Positions 1 through 11,767 of a stretch of DNA of 64,000 nucleotides are shown one piece after another. Numbering within the stretch: position 1 is the first letter of the stretch; the number at the start of each line of letters is the position of its first letter. The stretch comes from Asterias rubens. Taxonomy: Eukaryota. The translations under genes were made by a program, and so were the position numbers. The notes below the pieces were generated by a model. The model made no database searches and was not told the origin of the DNA. It was given only the letters and a program-made list of their open reading frames with translations. The DNA lies in assembly GCF_902459465.1 (NCBI RefSeq), contig NC_047064.1, positions 16,058,001 to 16,122,000 of the forward strand. The letters are read 5' to 3'.

Positions 1-243
1 CCAATTGGCTTTTGCCGGAACTGGGTTGGTTAGAGCACTCCATGGTTTGAGAAAGTCTGGAAACCTTTCCGAAACCAAGGCTCTGGCCATGGAGCTTAGG
101 CCATGGCTTAGGCTACGGTTAAGTATGTTGCTTACGCTGTGGACTAGGCTCTGATGGGTAAGACTTCCTATCTCATAAAAAACAGTGCCACCGTTTTCGT
201 TGGTCCAATGACCAGCTGGAGCATTTGGATAATAGCGTACACT

Positions 244-624
244 TTAAAGTCATTATACACTTTCGGAACAGAAACAAAATAAAAGTTCACAGATTTACAA
301 ATAACTTTTTACAGGGTTTACAAAAGGTAATGGTGAAAGACTTCTCTTGAAATATTATTCCATGAAATGCTTTACTTTTCGAGAAAACGTTAAAACATTT
401 ATCAATTCTCGCTAACGAGAATAGGCCTACGGATTTATTCTGAACACATGTCATGACATGGCGAAGCGCGCGGAAACAAGGTTGGGGTTTCCCGTTATTT
501 TCTCCCGACTCCGATGACCGGTTGAGCCTAAATTTTCACAGGTTTGTTATTTTATATAACTTGTGATACACAACGTGTGGGCCTTTAGACACAACTGTTT
601 ACCGAAAGTGTCCAATGGCTTTAA
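244..624. mobile_element. TTAA-flanked MITE family B (Kolobok/T2-type)
   Basis: TTAAAG(T/C)CATT..ACTTTCGG / CCGAAAGTGTCCAATGGCTTTAA termini. Homologous to 16228-16551 and to a partial copy at about 44490-44652. Confidence 0.75.
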
Positions 625-674
625 TCCAATTTGAAAAAAAAAACATAATGTATTTTAGTTAAGCTTTTAGTTTC

Positions 675-790
675 TGGATAACTTCGGGTTGAACAAAGTC
701 GGACTTGAACCTCTGACCTTCGGATTAACGTGCTAGCGCACAATCCAATCCTATAGTTGACGGGTTCCCAATTTTGTAAATATCATTGCG
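675..790 (-). mobile_element. tRNA-derived SINE remnant
   Basis: B-box-like GGTTCAAGTCC followed by TTTGTTCAACCC on the minus strand; same family as 40281. Confidence 0.5.
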
Positions 791-863
791 CCGGAGTCAA
801 AGTCATTAAACTTTGTACTATATTACATTATTTTATTTTTAGATCTCGAATATTATTACTTAC

Positions 864-3800
864 CCGAATGCAAAAGCGAAGGCACTGGTCGCCAAGATAA
901 ATGCGTTTTTGTCCATGAGAGACGTAATATTTTTACAACCCTGAAAATTATAACAAACATTATTAAAGTATACACTCAGTGTCAGAATATCACAGTCACA
1001 TACATTCGTTCTTATTTGAAGATGTTTTTATTCATAATTGGAATTGTATAATTGTATGTAACTGGCGTATACTCACTAAATATAACTTTCTGGCGCAGTT
1101 CTGAAGTTTTGTGCTCGGAGCGAATGACTGTCGGTCTCTGGTATGCCGTTTTAGCAGATACAGCCCATTGGCCTGAAAAGACAAGATGACAAGTATTTGG
1201 TAGTATTGAGGGAAAGAGCCACTTTACAATGGCACTTTAAAGACATAGACACATTTGGTAATAATAATTGTCTAAGACCACTATTTTCACTTAGTGTATC
1301 CCAACATTTGCATAAAATAACAAACCTGTGAAAGTTTGAGATCAATTGGTTGTTGAAGTTGCAAGAGAATAATGAAAGAAAAACTACCATTGATGCATTA
1401 CTTTGTGTGCTTTCAGATGCGTAATTAAATGCTGAAGTAGTTTTTTTTATTAATTGAGAGAGAAATTACCTCTTTCTAAAATCATCTTCAGAGGGAGTCG
1501 TTTCTCACAATGTTTTATACAGTATCAACATGTCTCCATTGCTCGTTACCAGTAAGTTTTTATAAAAACAATTATTTTGAGTAATTACACTCTAAAAACT
1601 AAAGAGTTGAATCCAACACTTGCATGAGTTCGATGAGTGACTACACTTTGAAAGTGTTGGATCCAGCGTTTTGTTTGTTAAATCTAGCATTTAAATTTTT
1701 TGATCGAACGCAAATAGGGTTAATTCAACAATTTAAGTGTTATTTCATCATATCTCACACAAAAATTCCTCTGAATTGTTGGATTAACTTTTTAAACGTT
1801 AAACCTTGCACTTAAATTGTTGACCGAATACTTTTAAATGCTGGATTTAACATATAAAATGCTGGATTCAACACTTTCAAAGTGTAGTCACTCACCGAAC
1901 TCATGCAAGTGTTGGATTCAACTCTTTGGTATTTAGAGTGTACCACTAGTGTCCAGTGCCTGTAATCGCCAATAAATTATTTTGGAGGCCCAGCCTGTGC
2001 TTGACTTACCCTGTCTTTAAACATTTCAAGGTGCGAGTTACCACGGTTGTACGAGTACGCCTGCGTCAAGACCTGGATAGTCTCTGTCCATTTCCTTGTC
2101 TGTAGTAAGGACAAATTAACGGTTAGAAGTGCATTACAGGATATTTTTTACCGTAATTTACTTTCATAATAATTATGCTCTTTGCTGTTTAGTCAAATTA
2201 ATAATGAATGTAATATTGTTTTTGTTCTCGTATTTTGTTTAGCCTACCCCTAATCCAACACCCTCTAAGTGTTTTTCTTTCAGAGCCAACATTTTTTCAT
2301 AATTAATTGTTTTCCTCCCCTTTTCTTATATTCTCGTTTTCTGTATGTTTTCGTCTTATGTTATAGCAAGCTTCCCGCTTGAGATCATAATGTGTTGGGC
2401 CGAAGGTGTCGCATGCAATTATGTCCTCTATGCAAAACCGTCCGGCGAGACATTATTGCATATGCAATATTGTCCCTCCAGACGGTTTTGCACATGCAAT
2501 TCGTGTCCGCCCGGACGCTGCTGCATTATGCAATTGTGTCCGCCCGGACACATTTGCATATGAAGTTGTGTCCGCCCCCGTGCAAAACCGTCCTTGCAGT
2601 AAATTAAACGCCCTTGGTCGACGGAACACGTTCGCCATTTTTGTCGGGTTAAGTGCATGTCATGAATGGCGGGAAATGTTCGGCCGTTGGGCATTCGCTG
2701 CAATCATAAAATAGGCCTACGTGAATTATTTATGCTGTATCGTAGGTTCAGTGCATGCATGCTCGCTTACGCGCGCACCTACATGATCATGTACATGTCC
2801 GCTGGACGGTTTTTTGCATAGCCCCGGACACGATTGCATATGCAAAAGTGTCCGGAGCGGACATTATTGCATGGCGGACAAAATTGCATCTGACACCGGT
2901 ACTGACGTGTTTGTGTTGTACAATGTATTCACGATTAGTAGGTTCCAGAAAATTAACGAGTCACTTTGAGTGCCGTTTTAGCCCGTTTTATCCAAGAGTC
3001 ACATTATTGTTTCATTTTTTTTTTCTCAGTAGGTGCCACACATAATACCAACGGTTCTACAGGCCTACCTCTGCTAATAGATATGGGCTGTCGGGGAGAA
3101 TCGTTGGGAGAAGTACGGCCGATACCACGGGAAGCAGCGACGTCACTAAACAGAATATACGCCAGTTCGCGAATGGGCTGCGAGCAAAGTCTCCTGTGTG
3201 AAAAGTAAGCACAACAACAAACCGTGTCATTCCAAGTCGGTCCGAAATTGGGGTTTGGCAAATTAAGCAGAGAGATCTCGGCTTCCGTTTGACGACCAAT
3301 TAAAATGCACACTGCTCCTAAATTGATTACGGAACCGGAACTGTGAATGAGCCTATAAAGGTTTGTATAAATTCAGCTACCTTTTTAAGTCCAAAGAGGG
3401 CAGCAGATTGATTTATGACTTTCATGATTTTTGTTTCATCTTTAACTCACAAGGAACACAAATGTTTTATCTCACCGTCTGTCAAGCTTGAGGCAAATGC
3501 TGCAGTTACAATTGGAGTTAACATGGCGCCGATGACCGTGAATGTAAGAAGAGCACACACCGTCTTATGTGCAATTCGTCTCGGTACAAACTCAGTCAAA
3601 TAGGCGAAGGGGATCGAGATCACACCGCCGGTTCTGCAAAAGAATAATAATAATAATAATAATAATAATAGTAGTAGTAGGTATTTGTAATGCGTCAAAT
3701 CAATCTTTACAGATGTTCAAGGCGCAAGCAGAGACAATGAAAACACAACAATACATGTACATATCCAGTGAATGCTAAACAAACAATAATAATAACACCA

Positions 3801-6800
3801 TTTAAAAACAACAACAATGAGAAGAAATCTGAGGAGGGAAACCACAACCAGACCTGCAGCATTGAGCCAAAGAAAGTCCCGCCGAAGCCGGTCTCTCTGT
3901 GACAAGAACGTGCAGGCCAAGCCGAGCGATACCGGGCACACACTAAAAAACATAATAATATGAGTTTTCAGGGCAACTTTGAACTTGTGTACATCGGAAA
4001 TACTACGAATAATTTGAGGGAGTTCGTTCCAGAGAGAAGCTACAGCATGTGTGAAAGAACGGTCCCCCCAAGGGTGTGAGTTTTAGGAACAACTAGTGAA
4101 AATGAATTGGAGGACCGAAGATTTCTAGATGGATGATATTGAACGAACAGATTAGTATTGTACTCAGGAGCAGAACCATGCAAGCAATGAAAAACAAGCA
4201 AAAGTAACTTAAATACAATTCTAGAAGGTACAGGCAGCCAATGAAAAGATTGAAGTACCGGTGTGATGTGATTTCTACGTTCACGAGATTACTTATTGGC
4301 GAGAATTTCCAAAACAAACAAATAAAGCTATAGTATTGCTCCATTATTTAATATCCGCCCACGTATTTTTCATAACAATCTTTCTAGTATTCTGGTCATT
4401 AAACAAGAAATTGGTTCAGTGTTGACGATGAGCCTGGAGATACAGAATTTAAACGTTTACTAAAATTAATTCTCGCACTTGGCTGAATTTCATCAACATG
4501 TTATCCGTGAGCTTACTATTGCAGTGGGGTGCTTTTAGGCAAACTGTTACATAACAATCAAGAAGATTTGAAAGTGCACGTGGCACGTTCACAGTGGATT
4601 TGCATTTATACGCCATTAAACTATTTCTGTGACGTCACTCTATCGTTGAAAGTGTAGATTATTTTTACGAATCTACACTTAACTGTAGATTCATTCCAAA
4701 CCTACACTTAAAGGCAGTGGACACTATTGGTAATTACTCAAAATAATTATTAGCATAAAACCTTTCTTGGTGACGAGAAATGGAGAGAGGTTGATGGTAT
4801 AAAACAATGTGAGAAACGGCTCCCTCTGAAGTGCCATAGTTTTCGAGAAAGAAGTAATTTTCAACGAATTTGATTTCGAGACCTCAGATTTAGAACTTCA
4901 GGTCTCGAAATTAACAATCTCAGCGCACACAACTTCGTGTGACAAGGGTGTTTTTTTAATTTTATTATCATCTCGCAAGTTCGATGACCGATTGAGCTCA
5001 AATGTTCACGGGTTTGTTATTTTATGCATATGTTGAGATACACCAACTGTGAAGGCTAGTCTTTGACAATTACCAATAGTGTCCACCGCCTTTAAGTGTG
5101 TATTTGTAACATATACAGTTGAGTGTATTTGCGTTACAATAGTACAACTTGAAAATTACTGTCTTTCCAAACTGAAAGATAGAATGAAGTGCAACAAAAC
5201 ATTGGCTATGCTGATCTATCAATATTTACAAAAACTTTTTAAAGTTAAGAAAAATCACTTTAGCAACACAATTTGTTGTTAGCTGAGCAACTCGATAATG
5301 TTGCAAGCACTAAAGAATGCCTCTATTATGTTGTAAAATGTTTATAAAATGTGACCATAGAGCTATATATATTGACTAGAGCGCTAACTTGCTCCGCGTT
5401 TTGAAGCCACCCTGAGCGCAGAGACATGTTTGATGTGTTGCGTGACTACGGAACGATTTTAATTTTAAGAGAACACACACATTGCCGCGATTTGTTTTTA
5501 ATTCGGCATGTGCGCTTTCGTACGCGACTGCCCATTCGCGCACGTCCGCGCTACGAAAACCGTATGTTCGACTTGATTGATGTACTAAAAAAAGTATACG
5601 CGCCTTTTAAACATGACGCACATGGCGCTCGCAGTTTTGTACGCTCATCAGCAGATTTTGCGTTCACATTTGCTGCATTTTTTGCTTCGATGACACATAG
5701 AAAAGAACAAACGCACTATCATGCAAATAGCCGTACAATTGCCGTACAAAATTTCAAGCTTTTGTATTGGTTTGTACATAAACATGGATGCGCCCACACG
5801 GCTTCAAAACCTTAGTGCGTGTATAACGGGGTGTTAGCGCTCTAGTCAATATAATTATATAGCTCTATGAATGTGACCAACCGTCGTTGTTATTGTAAAC
5901 GGAATAAGATAGACTAACTAGTGTTGTTACTAATATAATGATAAATCCAAGTCATTGAAACTGTTATATAACCAATGGGGGAAATAGTTTAAGTCAGAGA
6001 ACAGACTCGAAAGTGTAGATTCGATCGTGAATACAATGTACTCGCCTTCGGATCGTATACATTCTATTCACGAATGTAAACTTTATCGTCCATTCATGCA
6101 TGGGCTAAATAAAATAAAAATTTGCTTGCTAACTGCGGAATTCTGAAAACAGAGCACCGTATGTGAAGAATCCTTAGACTGGCTTATCAATATCAGAACT
6201 CCCGGCAAGCTATAGAGTACATTTTTTGCTTTCTTACTTTAACAGTAAGCAGTGTTTATTGCTCAAACTAAAAAAAGGTCGCTCAGTAGAGCATCAGGGC
6301 CAAACTCCATAAAGTACAGAAGCTTGCAAGAACATTGACATTAAAATTATAGCACAAGGCCTTACCAGCCATCATTTCTGTGCCTCCTGCCCTACTCAAT
6401 GTTTTGCTCAGCTAAGATTTTTTAACAGCATTTTAAAGTTTGCAAAGTGGGGTTCGAACGAATTGTGGTCCAAGGCGGCGAAACCACGAAGGAGATTAGC
6501 CAATCAGGTAAACGTACGTATGGGTTTGGGTTGTTGTTTTTAATTTCATTTTTTTGTTCCCGTAAGTCTGCCTTAGAATACGAACCCAAGACTTGCGATG
6601 ATAAGAAACACCAGCAGAGCCGTGTGGCTCCGGGCGAAGCACGCTGCCATTGCCGTGGAGACTCCGCTTATAATCAGACACACACTCAGGGTTTTCCGTC
6701 TGCTACCAAGATCGGCAGCGCATCCCCAGATGATGCTCACAAATATCACTCCAATAAACACGGAGCCTCCTGTTGAAATGAAAGGAAATTCATGTGAAAG

Positions 6801-7642
6801 ATTGACTAAAACAGAGAGGGATTTTCATTTGATTTATTTTAACGAAACAAAAAGCTAGGTTTTAAAAATATTGAAAACAAAACTTGGGGTTGATGTGCAA
6901 CACCGTAGATGAGGATCCTGGGTCAAAAAATTGACCCGGGTCCCGGTTTTCAGGGTCAGGTTGATCCGAAAACCGGTTAGAAATGGGATTCTTCGTCAGT
7001 TTGTTCTGATGGGTAATAAGTGTTAATATGGACACTGATGGTGGATTTGACACATAATTATTCTGGGTCACACTGACGCAGAAATGGATCAGGCCCCATG
7101 ACCCAGGCCGAGTCAAAATAGTTTGCGGGATTTCAATATTGCTCAACATGCCCCAAGTACTCACTCAACCATCCAGTGGACTCATCGGTCAGACATAAAT
7201 CCCGTGCAATGTCCGGCAGCAAATACCCGATGAACCCCAACTGAACACTGCCGTAGACCATCCCCCAGCCGCACACAATCAGCATCAGCCATTGCAACTT
7301 CCCGAATCCAACAAGCTCCAGCAGTCTCTCCATGGCCTCATCCAGTTCTTCAGCTCGCTCCTGCGACCCCGAAGGGTTCCTCTGCTCCATTGCCGTCTGG
7401 TAGGCAGAGGGACCAAGTTCATGGGTCGACTTGACTCGCTTTACGGAGTTTTGGTTTGGCTGAAGTTGTAACTCGATGTCCTCATCCGTGGCCCCGAAAC
7501 GAGAGGCTTGCATCCCCCGCCTATCTGCACCCCGCCTGCTCCGTCGTCCGCTCACGGAGTAAATCTCCACTTCATCCTGATCATCGTCTTCGTTCCTCCC
7601 GTCAAATCTGATCTCCTGATCATAATGGCGGCTAGACGCCAT
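864..7642 (-). CDS. Synaptic vesicle glycoprotein 2 (SV2/SVOP)-like MFS transporter, 5' part (continues beyond the left window edge)
   Basis: Exons 7642-7165, 6769-6586, 3633-3476, 3193-3069, 2099-2010, 1172-1077, 940-864, all GT-AG with matching phases (1,2,1,0,0,0,2). Translation has SV2-type segments: VGFGKLQWLMLIVCGW, IWGCAADLGSRRK, FAYLTEFVP, NWRIFCLV..PDSPYLLAE, and AFAFG (start of the GYYG helix). No further exon found at 1-863. Confidence 0.85.
1236..1965. mobile_element. TTAA MITE family A copy interrupted by a nested MITE
   Basis: Family A body resumes at 1941 (taccactagtgtccagtgcc) after the insertion. Confidence 0.75.
1588..1940. mobile_element. Palindromic MITE with CACTCTAAA termini and TA duplication
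   Basis: Inverted arms of about 100 bp (CACTCTAAAAACTAAAGAGTTGAATCCAACACTTGCATGAG.. / ..CTCATGCAAGTGTTGGATTCAACTCTTTGGTATTTAGAGTG). TA at 1586-1587 and 1941-1942. Confidence 0.85.
2404..2900. mobile_element. MITE with subterminal repeats
   Basis: Imperfect TIR GGTGTCGCATGCAAT / ATTGCATCTGACACC. Repeated TGCATATGCA and GTGTCCGCCCGGAC units in both orientations. Confidence 0.65.
3642..3680. repeat. (TAA)n(TAG)n microsatellite at an SV2-like acceptor
   Basis: Direct reading. Confidence 0.8.
4708..5095. mobile_element. TTAA MITE family A
   Basis: TTAA|AGGCAGTGGACACTATTGGTAATT ... AATTACCAATAGTGTCCACCGCCT|TTAA; full length. Confidence 0.9.
5356..5869. mobile_element. hAT-type MITE
   Basis: TIR CATAGAGCTATATA..TTGACTAGAGCGCTAAC with an exact 8-bp TSD AATGTGAC (5348-5355, 5870-5877). 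Confidence 0.85.
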
Positions 7643-8730
7643 TTTGGATGTTGGTGTTATTCTCACGCTAGTTTGATCCCGATCTTTTGATCGCTAGTTG
7701 TGTGCATCCCTTTTTCTCTGATGAACACAACGTCATAAGTTTCCATCAATACCGTTTGTTACACCACTTTGTTTCCAGCACCTGTGCGTACAATCAATAA
7801 AAGCTTTTGAAAAAACACAGTTTTCAATCGATGCTATTAGTTTGTGGGAACAGCTAGACGCATAACCCGTTTCATTCCAAATAACCATGTTAGTGTTAAT
7901 AATAAACAGGTTCAATGAATATTTTGAATTAATTTTTTGGGCAGATATTCTCAGATATCAGCCCCCCCCCCCCCCCCCCAAATGAACGGGGAGGCCTTAG
8001 GCTGTGTGCATGCTCATTGCCTCCTACAGTTCCGTGGCACAGTGTAATTCGTTTCATGTGCGTTGGTCCAGGCATAACAAGTGCCACGGAGTTTTTTTTT
8101 TTTTTAATATCAACATAATAATATAAAAAATTAAGTTGTGAACTCGTTAATATGGCACTGGGGATCGTTTTGTTTACGCACTATGGGCCTTCACCACCGA
8201 TAACTGGCAGATGGCACATTTTTTGTTTTTTTTTCTCAAAATTTGGATAAAAAGATCGACTTATCACCCCAAAAGATTTAAAGAATTTCCAAACTTTTAA
8301 AAAGCTCAACTGACTGACGTCCCAAATCGCATTATTTAGGCCTACTAAGACCTAAACTGTTGAAGTTCTTCCGACGGGACAATTTTAGCAAAAGTTAGTT
8401 GGGAATCAACAATTTTATACCATGTTCTTTCGAAGGGAGAAGATGCTCGCTGCAAAGAGACTATGGCCATTTTCGAAACGACTGGATTTGGCTTTGGGAG
8501 TCCGCTCAGGCTAGCTTTGCCCGTGGTTGTTTTGACAATAATAATAATTATTGCGCGTGCTTTGCGTATACGCGCTCAGGGTTTCAGACAGAACGACGGA
8601 GCCTGAAGCCGAACGCCAAGCCGAAGCCGTGGTTTCGAAAAAGGCCTCGGTCTTTGCAAAATAATGCACAAACATTGACTCTAGAGGGCGGTATAAAGAA
8701 AACGTAAACAGAACGCACGTTGGTGATGTA

Positions 8731-8768
8731 ATGGCCAGTCGTCGTCGTATTTTAATGGAACGTAACCC
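8731..8768 (+). CDS. Candidate upstream coding exon of the F-box/LRR gene (MASRRRILMERN-P)
   Basis: ATG at 8731, strong GTAAGT donor at 8769, TATAAAG about 40 nt upstream. The 38-nt exon joins in frame to the AG acceptor at 11760 (CC|G GTA AGC ATG). That acceptor has a weak pyrimidine tract. Confidence 0.45.
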
Positions 8769-9064
8769 GTAAGTAAAATCGTAATTTATCTCTTTTCCAT
8801 CTTCTAATCAATAAGTACATCCCTCGAGAGAAGAATAACCGTACTTGGATGGTGAAAATTCGCTTGGTCACGGGAAAAATAAACGTAAATGTTCTGTAAA
8901 CTGAAATCAATGGCAAGGCGCACGTGCTGATCGGAGACAGATTGTGAGAATGTATTTAATATGTCGACTGTTTTGTTGAGTATTGTATAATAATTATAGA
9001 TTATTAATTATAGATTATAGATATGGGGAATGCCTCACTGTACTGTATACATGGTATGGAAAAG

Positions 9065-9182
9065 TTTCCGTATGGCGCCACCAATTTTTCATTCGCAATA
9101 AAATAATATAGTATCTAATTTACCTGATTGATATATCCCTTTTTGTAAAAATGAGTGAAAAAGTGGTGGCGCCATACGGAAA
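9065..9182. mobile_element. Small MITE
   Basis: Perfect 19-bp TIR TTTCCGTATGGCGCCACCA / TGGTGGCGCCATACGGAAA. Confidence 0.65.
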
Positions 9183-10073
9183 GTTATCTCAGCCTTTCAA
9201 CAGATCAAAGGTTTAAACTCTCAATAAATAAAGCAGAACATAAACTCAATTGAAAGAGTTCAACGTCAAGCTAGATTTTGCACAGGAAACTACAAAAGGG
9301 ATACGGGAACTGTTACTAAACTTCTACCTAGTAGATGATTTGAGATGGGACACACTTAGGGGGTTGTTCTAAAACCCCCTCGACCCCCTCGACCATCGAC
9401 TTTTGTGCGATCTTTTTTTCTGTACACCGAAATTGCCACAGTTCACAACCTCAGCCAATCACGCACACAATTTTGTATGCTGACGTCGACTACCATGCCT
9501 CGCACATCACAACAACACAGCGTACGAGACAAGTAGTATGCACGAAGCAAACTTCGCGTGATTGGCTGCTGAGATCGGGCCTGTGGCAATTGTGATGTAC
9601 AGATAAAAAAACGCGGCATTTCCACGTGTATCTCTTGGCCGATCCAAGATTATTATCTCAACTGGAAACCTGCGTGTACTGCCCGAATACGATTACGGCA
9701 AACTCATTACCTGATGATCAGGTGGACCCATTTCCGGATGACTTCCGTCCTGTGTACTATTCCTTCATGGTACTACTAGTTACTCTAAGCGGAGCTCAAG
9801 GTTGTAGACCCGACTGACCAAATGGCCACACGGACGTGTTTGGGGTCCCCAATCGGTGTGCACTTGTCGTGTGGAAGCGGAGAGTAAATTCTCCCAATTA
9901 TGTGTGGCTGATGCAGATAAATATAACCGCAGTCTCAGACTTGAAGTCAAGCCTAGTCGTGGAAGGAAGTTGCGTCGCGGGACGCGGGTCACACACTGTG
10001 AATTCTAAATCGGGGACTTAATTCTTGCTCGGCCATAAAGGCGACATTTTATGAATTCGGAATTGATGTTGAT

Positions 10074-10263
10074 TGATTAGACCGATGTTTTAACAAGAGC
10101 CCTCTAACGTAGTTGGGATGGGTGTGTGGAGAACTTTGCACTGTTCTTGTTTCTGTTCTACTCGGTCCAGGACCAGGTCACAGTTGCACGGCTCCCCCTT
10201 GCCCCAATGCCCACCCCCCCCTCTCCCAACACACACACACTGCAGCTGTACAAAAACAAATTT
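10074..10263 (+). repeat. 190-bp direct repeat, copy 1
   Basis: Identical to 10978-11165 except for a 2-nt indel; flanked by AATTCGGAATTG at 10054-10065 and 10269-10280. Confidence 0.9.
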
Positions 10264-10977
10264 CAAACAATTCGGAATTGGGACATTCTTCGAACACGGT
10301 GCGGACGTTGAGGGGTCGTGGGTCGTGGGTTGAGTGGATTTTAGAACAACCCCACACTTAGCCCAGGTTGGACTCCTCCGTGGCACTGACTGATGTCCTA
10401 CCAGGGCTGGGACACACTCTACAGAACAGAATAAATCAACAGAAGTTATGTATGCTCTAAAACTTTGAAGGTGAAAATTGGGTTGGTTGACATTCCACTT
10501 CACAAAATGTTCAGCCCAATACCAGGGATACAAGGGGGAAAAAAATAATTCAAGTCGGTCACAAAGCTAGGGCCTTCAAAGATTCATTCTTAGTATCAAC
10601 TGAGTGTTAAACTCTGGAACTCACTCTCCTCAGTAGCTGCTAAATTCAAGGGACAAAAATTATTTATAAGCAATACCCAGTACCAGTAGTCTATTTCCAC
10701 ACACAGTGCGCAAATGTACCCGGCAGGATATTTTGCTGACTGAACCAATGGAGATGGAGTATCCCAAAAATAGTTATAATTCATGAAACAAACAAACATG
10801 GGAAATTTTATTTTAGGCTGTATCGCAATCGGACATTTGATTTGTTTGAAATCAACCCTATCTTCTTGGTTTGTTTTGCAATTCTACCTCCAGCATAGTC
10901 CATAGATGGATTGGTACCACCAATGGCAATGTGGTTGCTTGGCTGTTTTGTGGCACCCTTTGAACAACGGTGTAATA

Positions 10978-11165
10978 TGATTAGACCGATGTTTTAACAA
11001 GAGCCCTCTAACGTAGTTGGGATGGGTGTGTGGAGAACTTTGCACTGTTCTTGTTTCTGTTCTACTCGGTCCAGGACCAGGTCACAGTTGCACGGCTCCC
11101 CCTTGCCCCAATGCCCACCCCCCCCTCCCAACACACACACACTGCAGCTGTACAAAAACAAATTT
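10978..11165 (+). repeat. 190-bp direct repeat, copy 2
   Basis: Matches 10074-10263. Confidence 0.9.
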
Positions 11166-11767
11166 ATGCAGTAAGCAGACCTTAGACATGACAGCACCCG
11201 TCAGCCTGTCCTCAAAAAAACTAAAATAGTACAGGAAAGTATTACTTAGTAAAATAGTAAGTCGTGACTGATTGTTATATTTTAACATTCCATCTGTTTA
11301 AATTCCAGATAACTTGTGTAATGACTCAATGAGATGATGGTTTACTCTCCCTACATTGGCTCCCGTCTCACAGCCAAGTCTTTAAAATGCTCTCAGTGTT
11401 TTCTTTGCAGTGAAAACAAACAACTGCATCAGTCCAGAAATGAATGCAAGTCTCAACGAATGAGCTGATTTCCTTTTTTTACTCGCTTTATTTGTACCAA
11501 AGACATTTTATAAAATACTTCAAAAATCTATTTGTTTTATATCAAATTGCACATCTGATGAGTTTGGCAGATTCAAGATTCAAAATATCCATAATGTCAT
11601 GATAATAAGTATGAATAATAAGGAGAATAAAAATATAAAGGCATACAAAACAAAACCAGTAGACAGCAAGAAGTTAAGTTTTAAAATTACAGTTAAAGAC
11701 AAATCATGATGCAGGATTTCAAACACACAACATCATTTGAATGAGCGCATAAGTGTTCAGGGTAAGC

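Noticed and set aside
2345-2714. Cluster of overlapping Cys/His-rich ORFs
   Set aside because: Produced by the subterminal repeats of a MITE, open on both strands, with no splice support.
4708-5095. CRISPR-like or prokaryotic repeat system
   Set aside because: The sequence is clearly eukaryotic; the recurring segments are dispersed TIR elements, not a repeat-spacer array.
10090-10533. 147-aa minus-strand ORF
   Set aside because: Runs through the duplicated 190-bp segment and low-complexity C/AC tracts; no recognisable domain.
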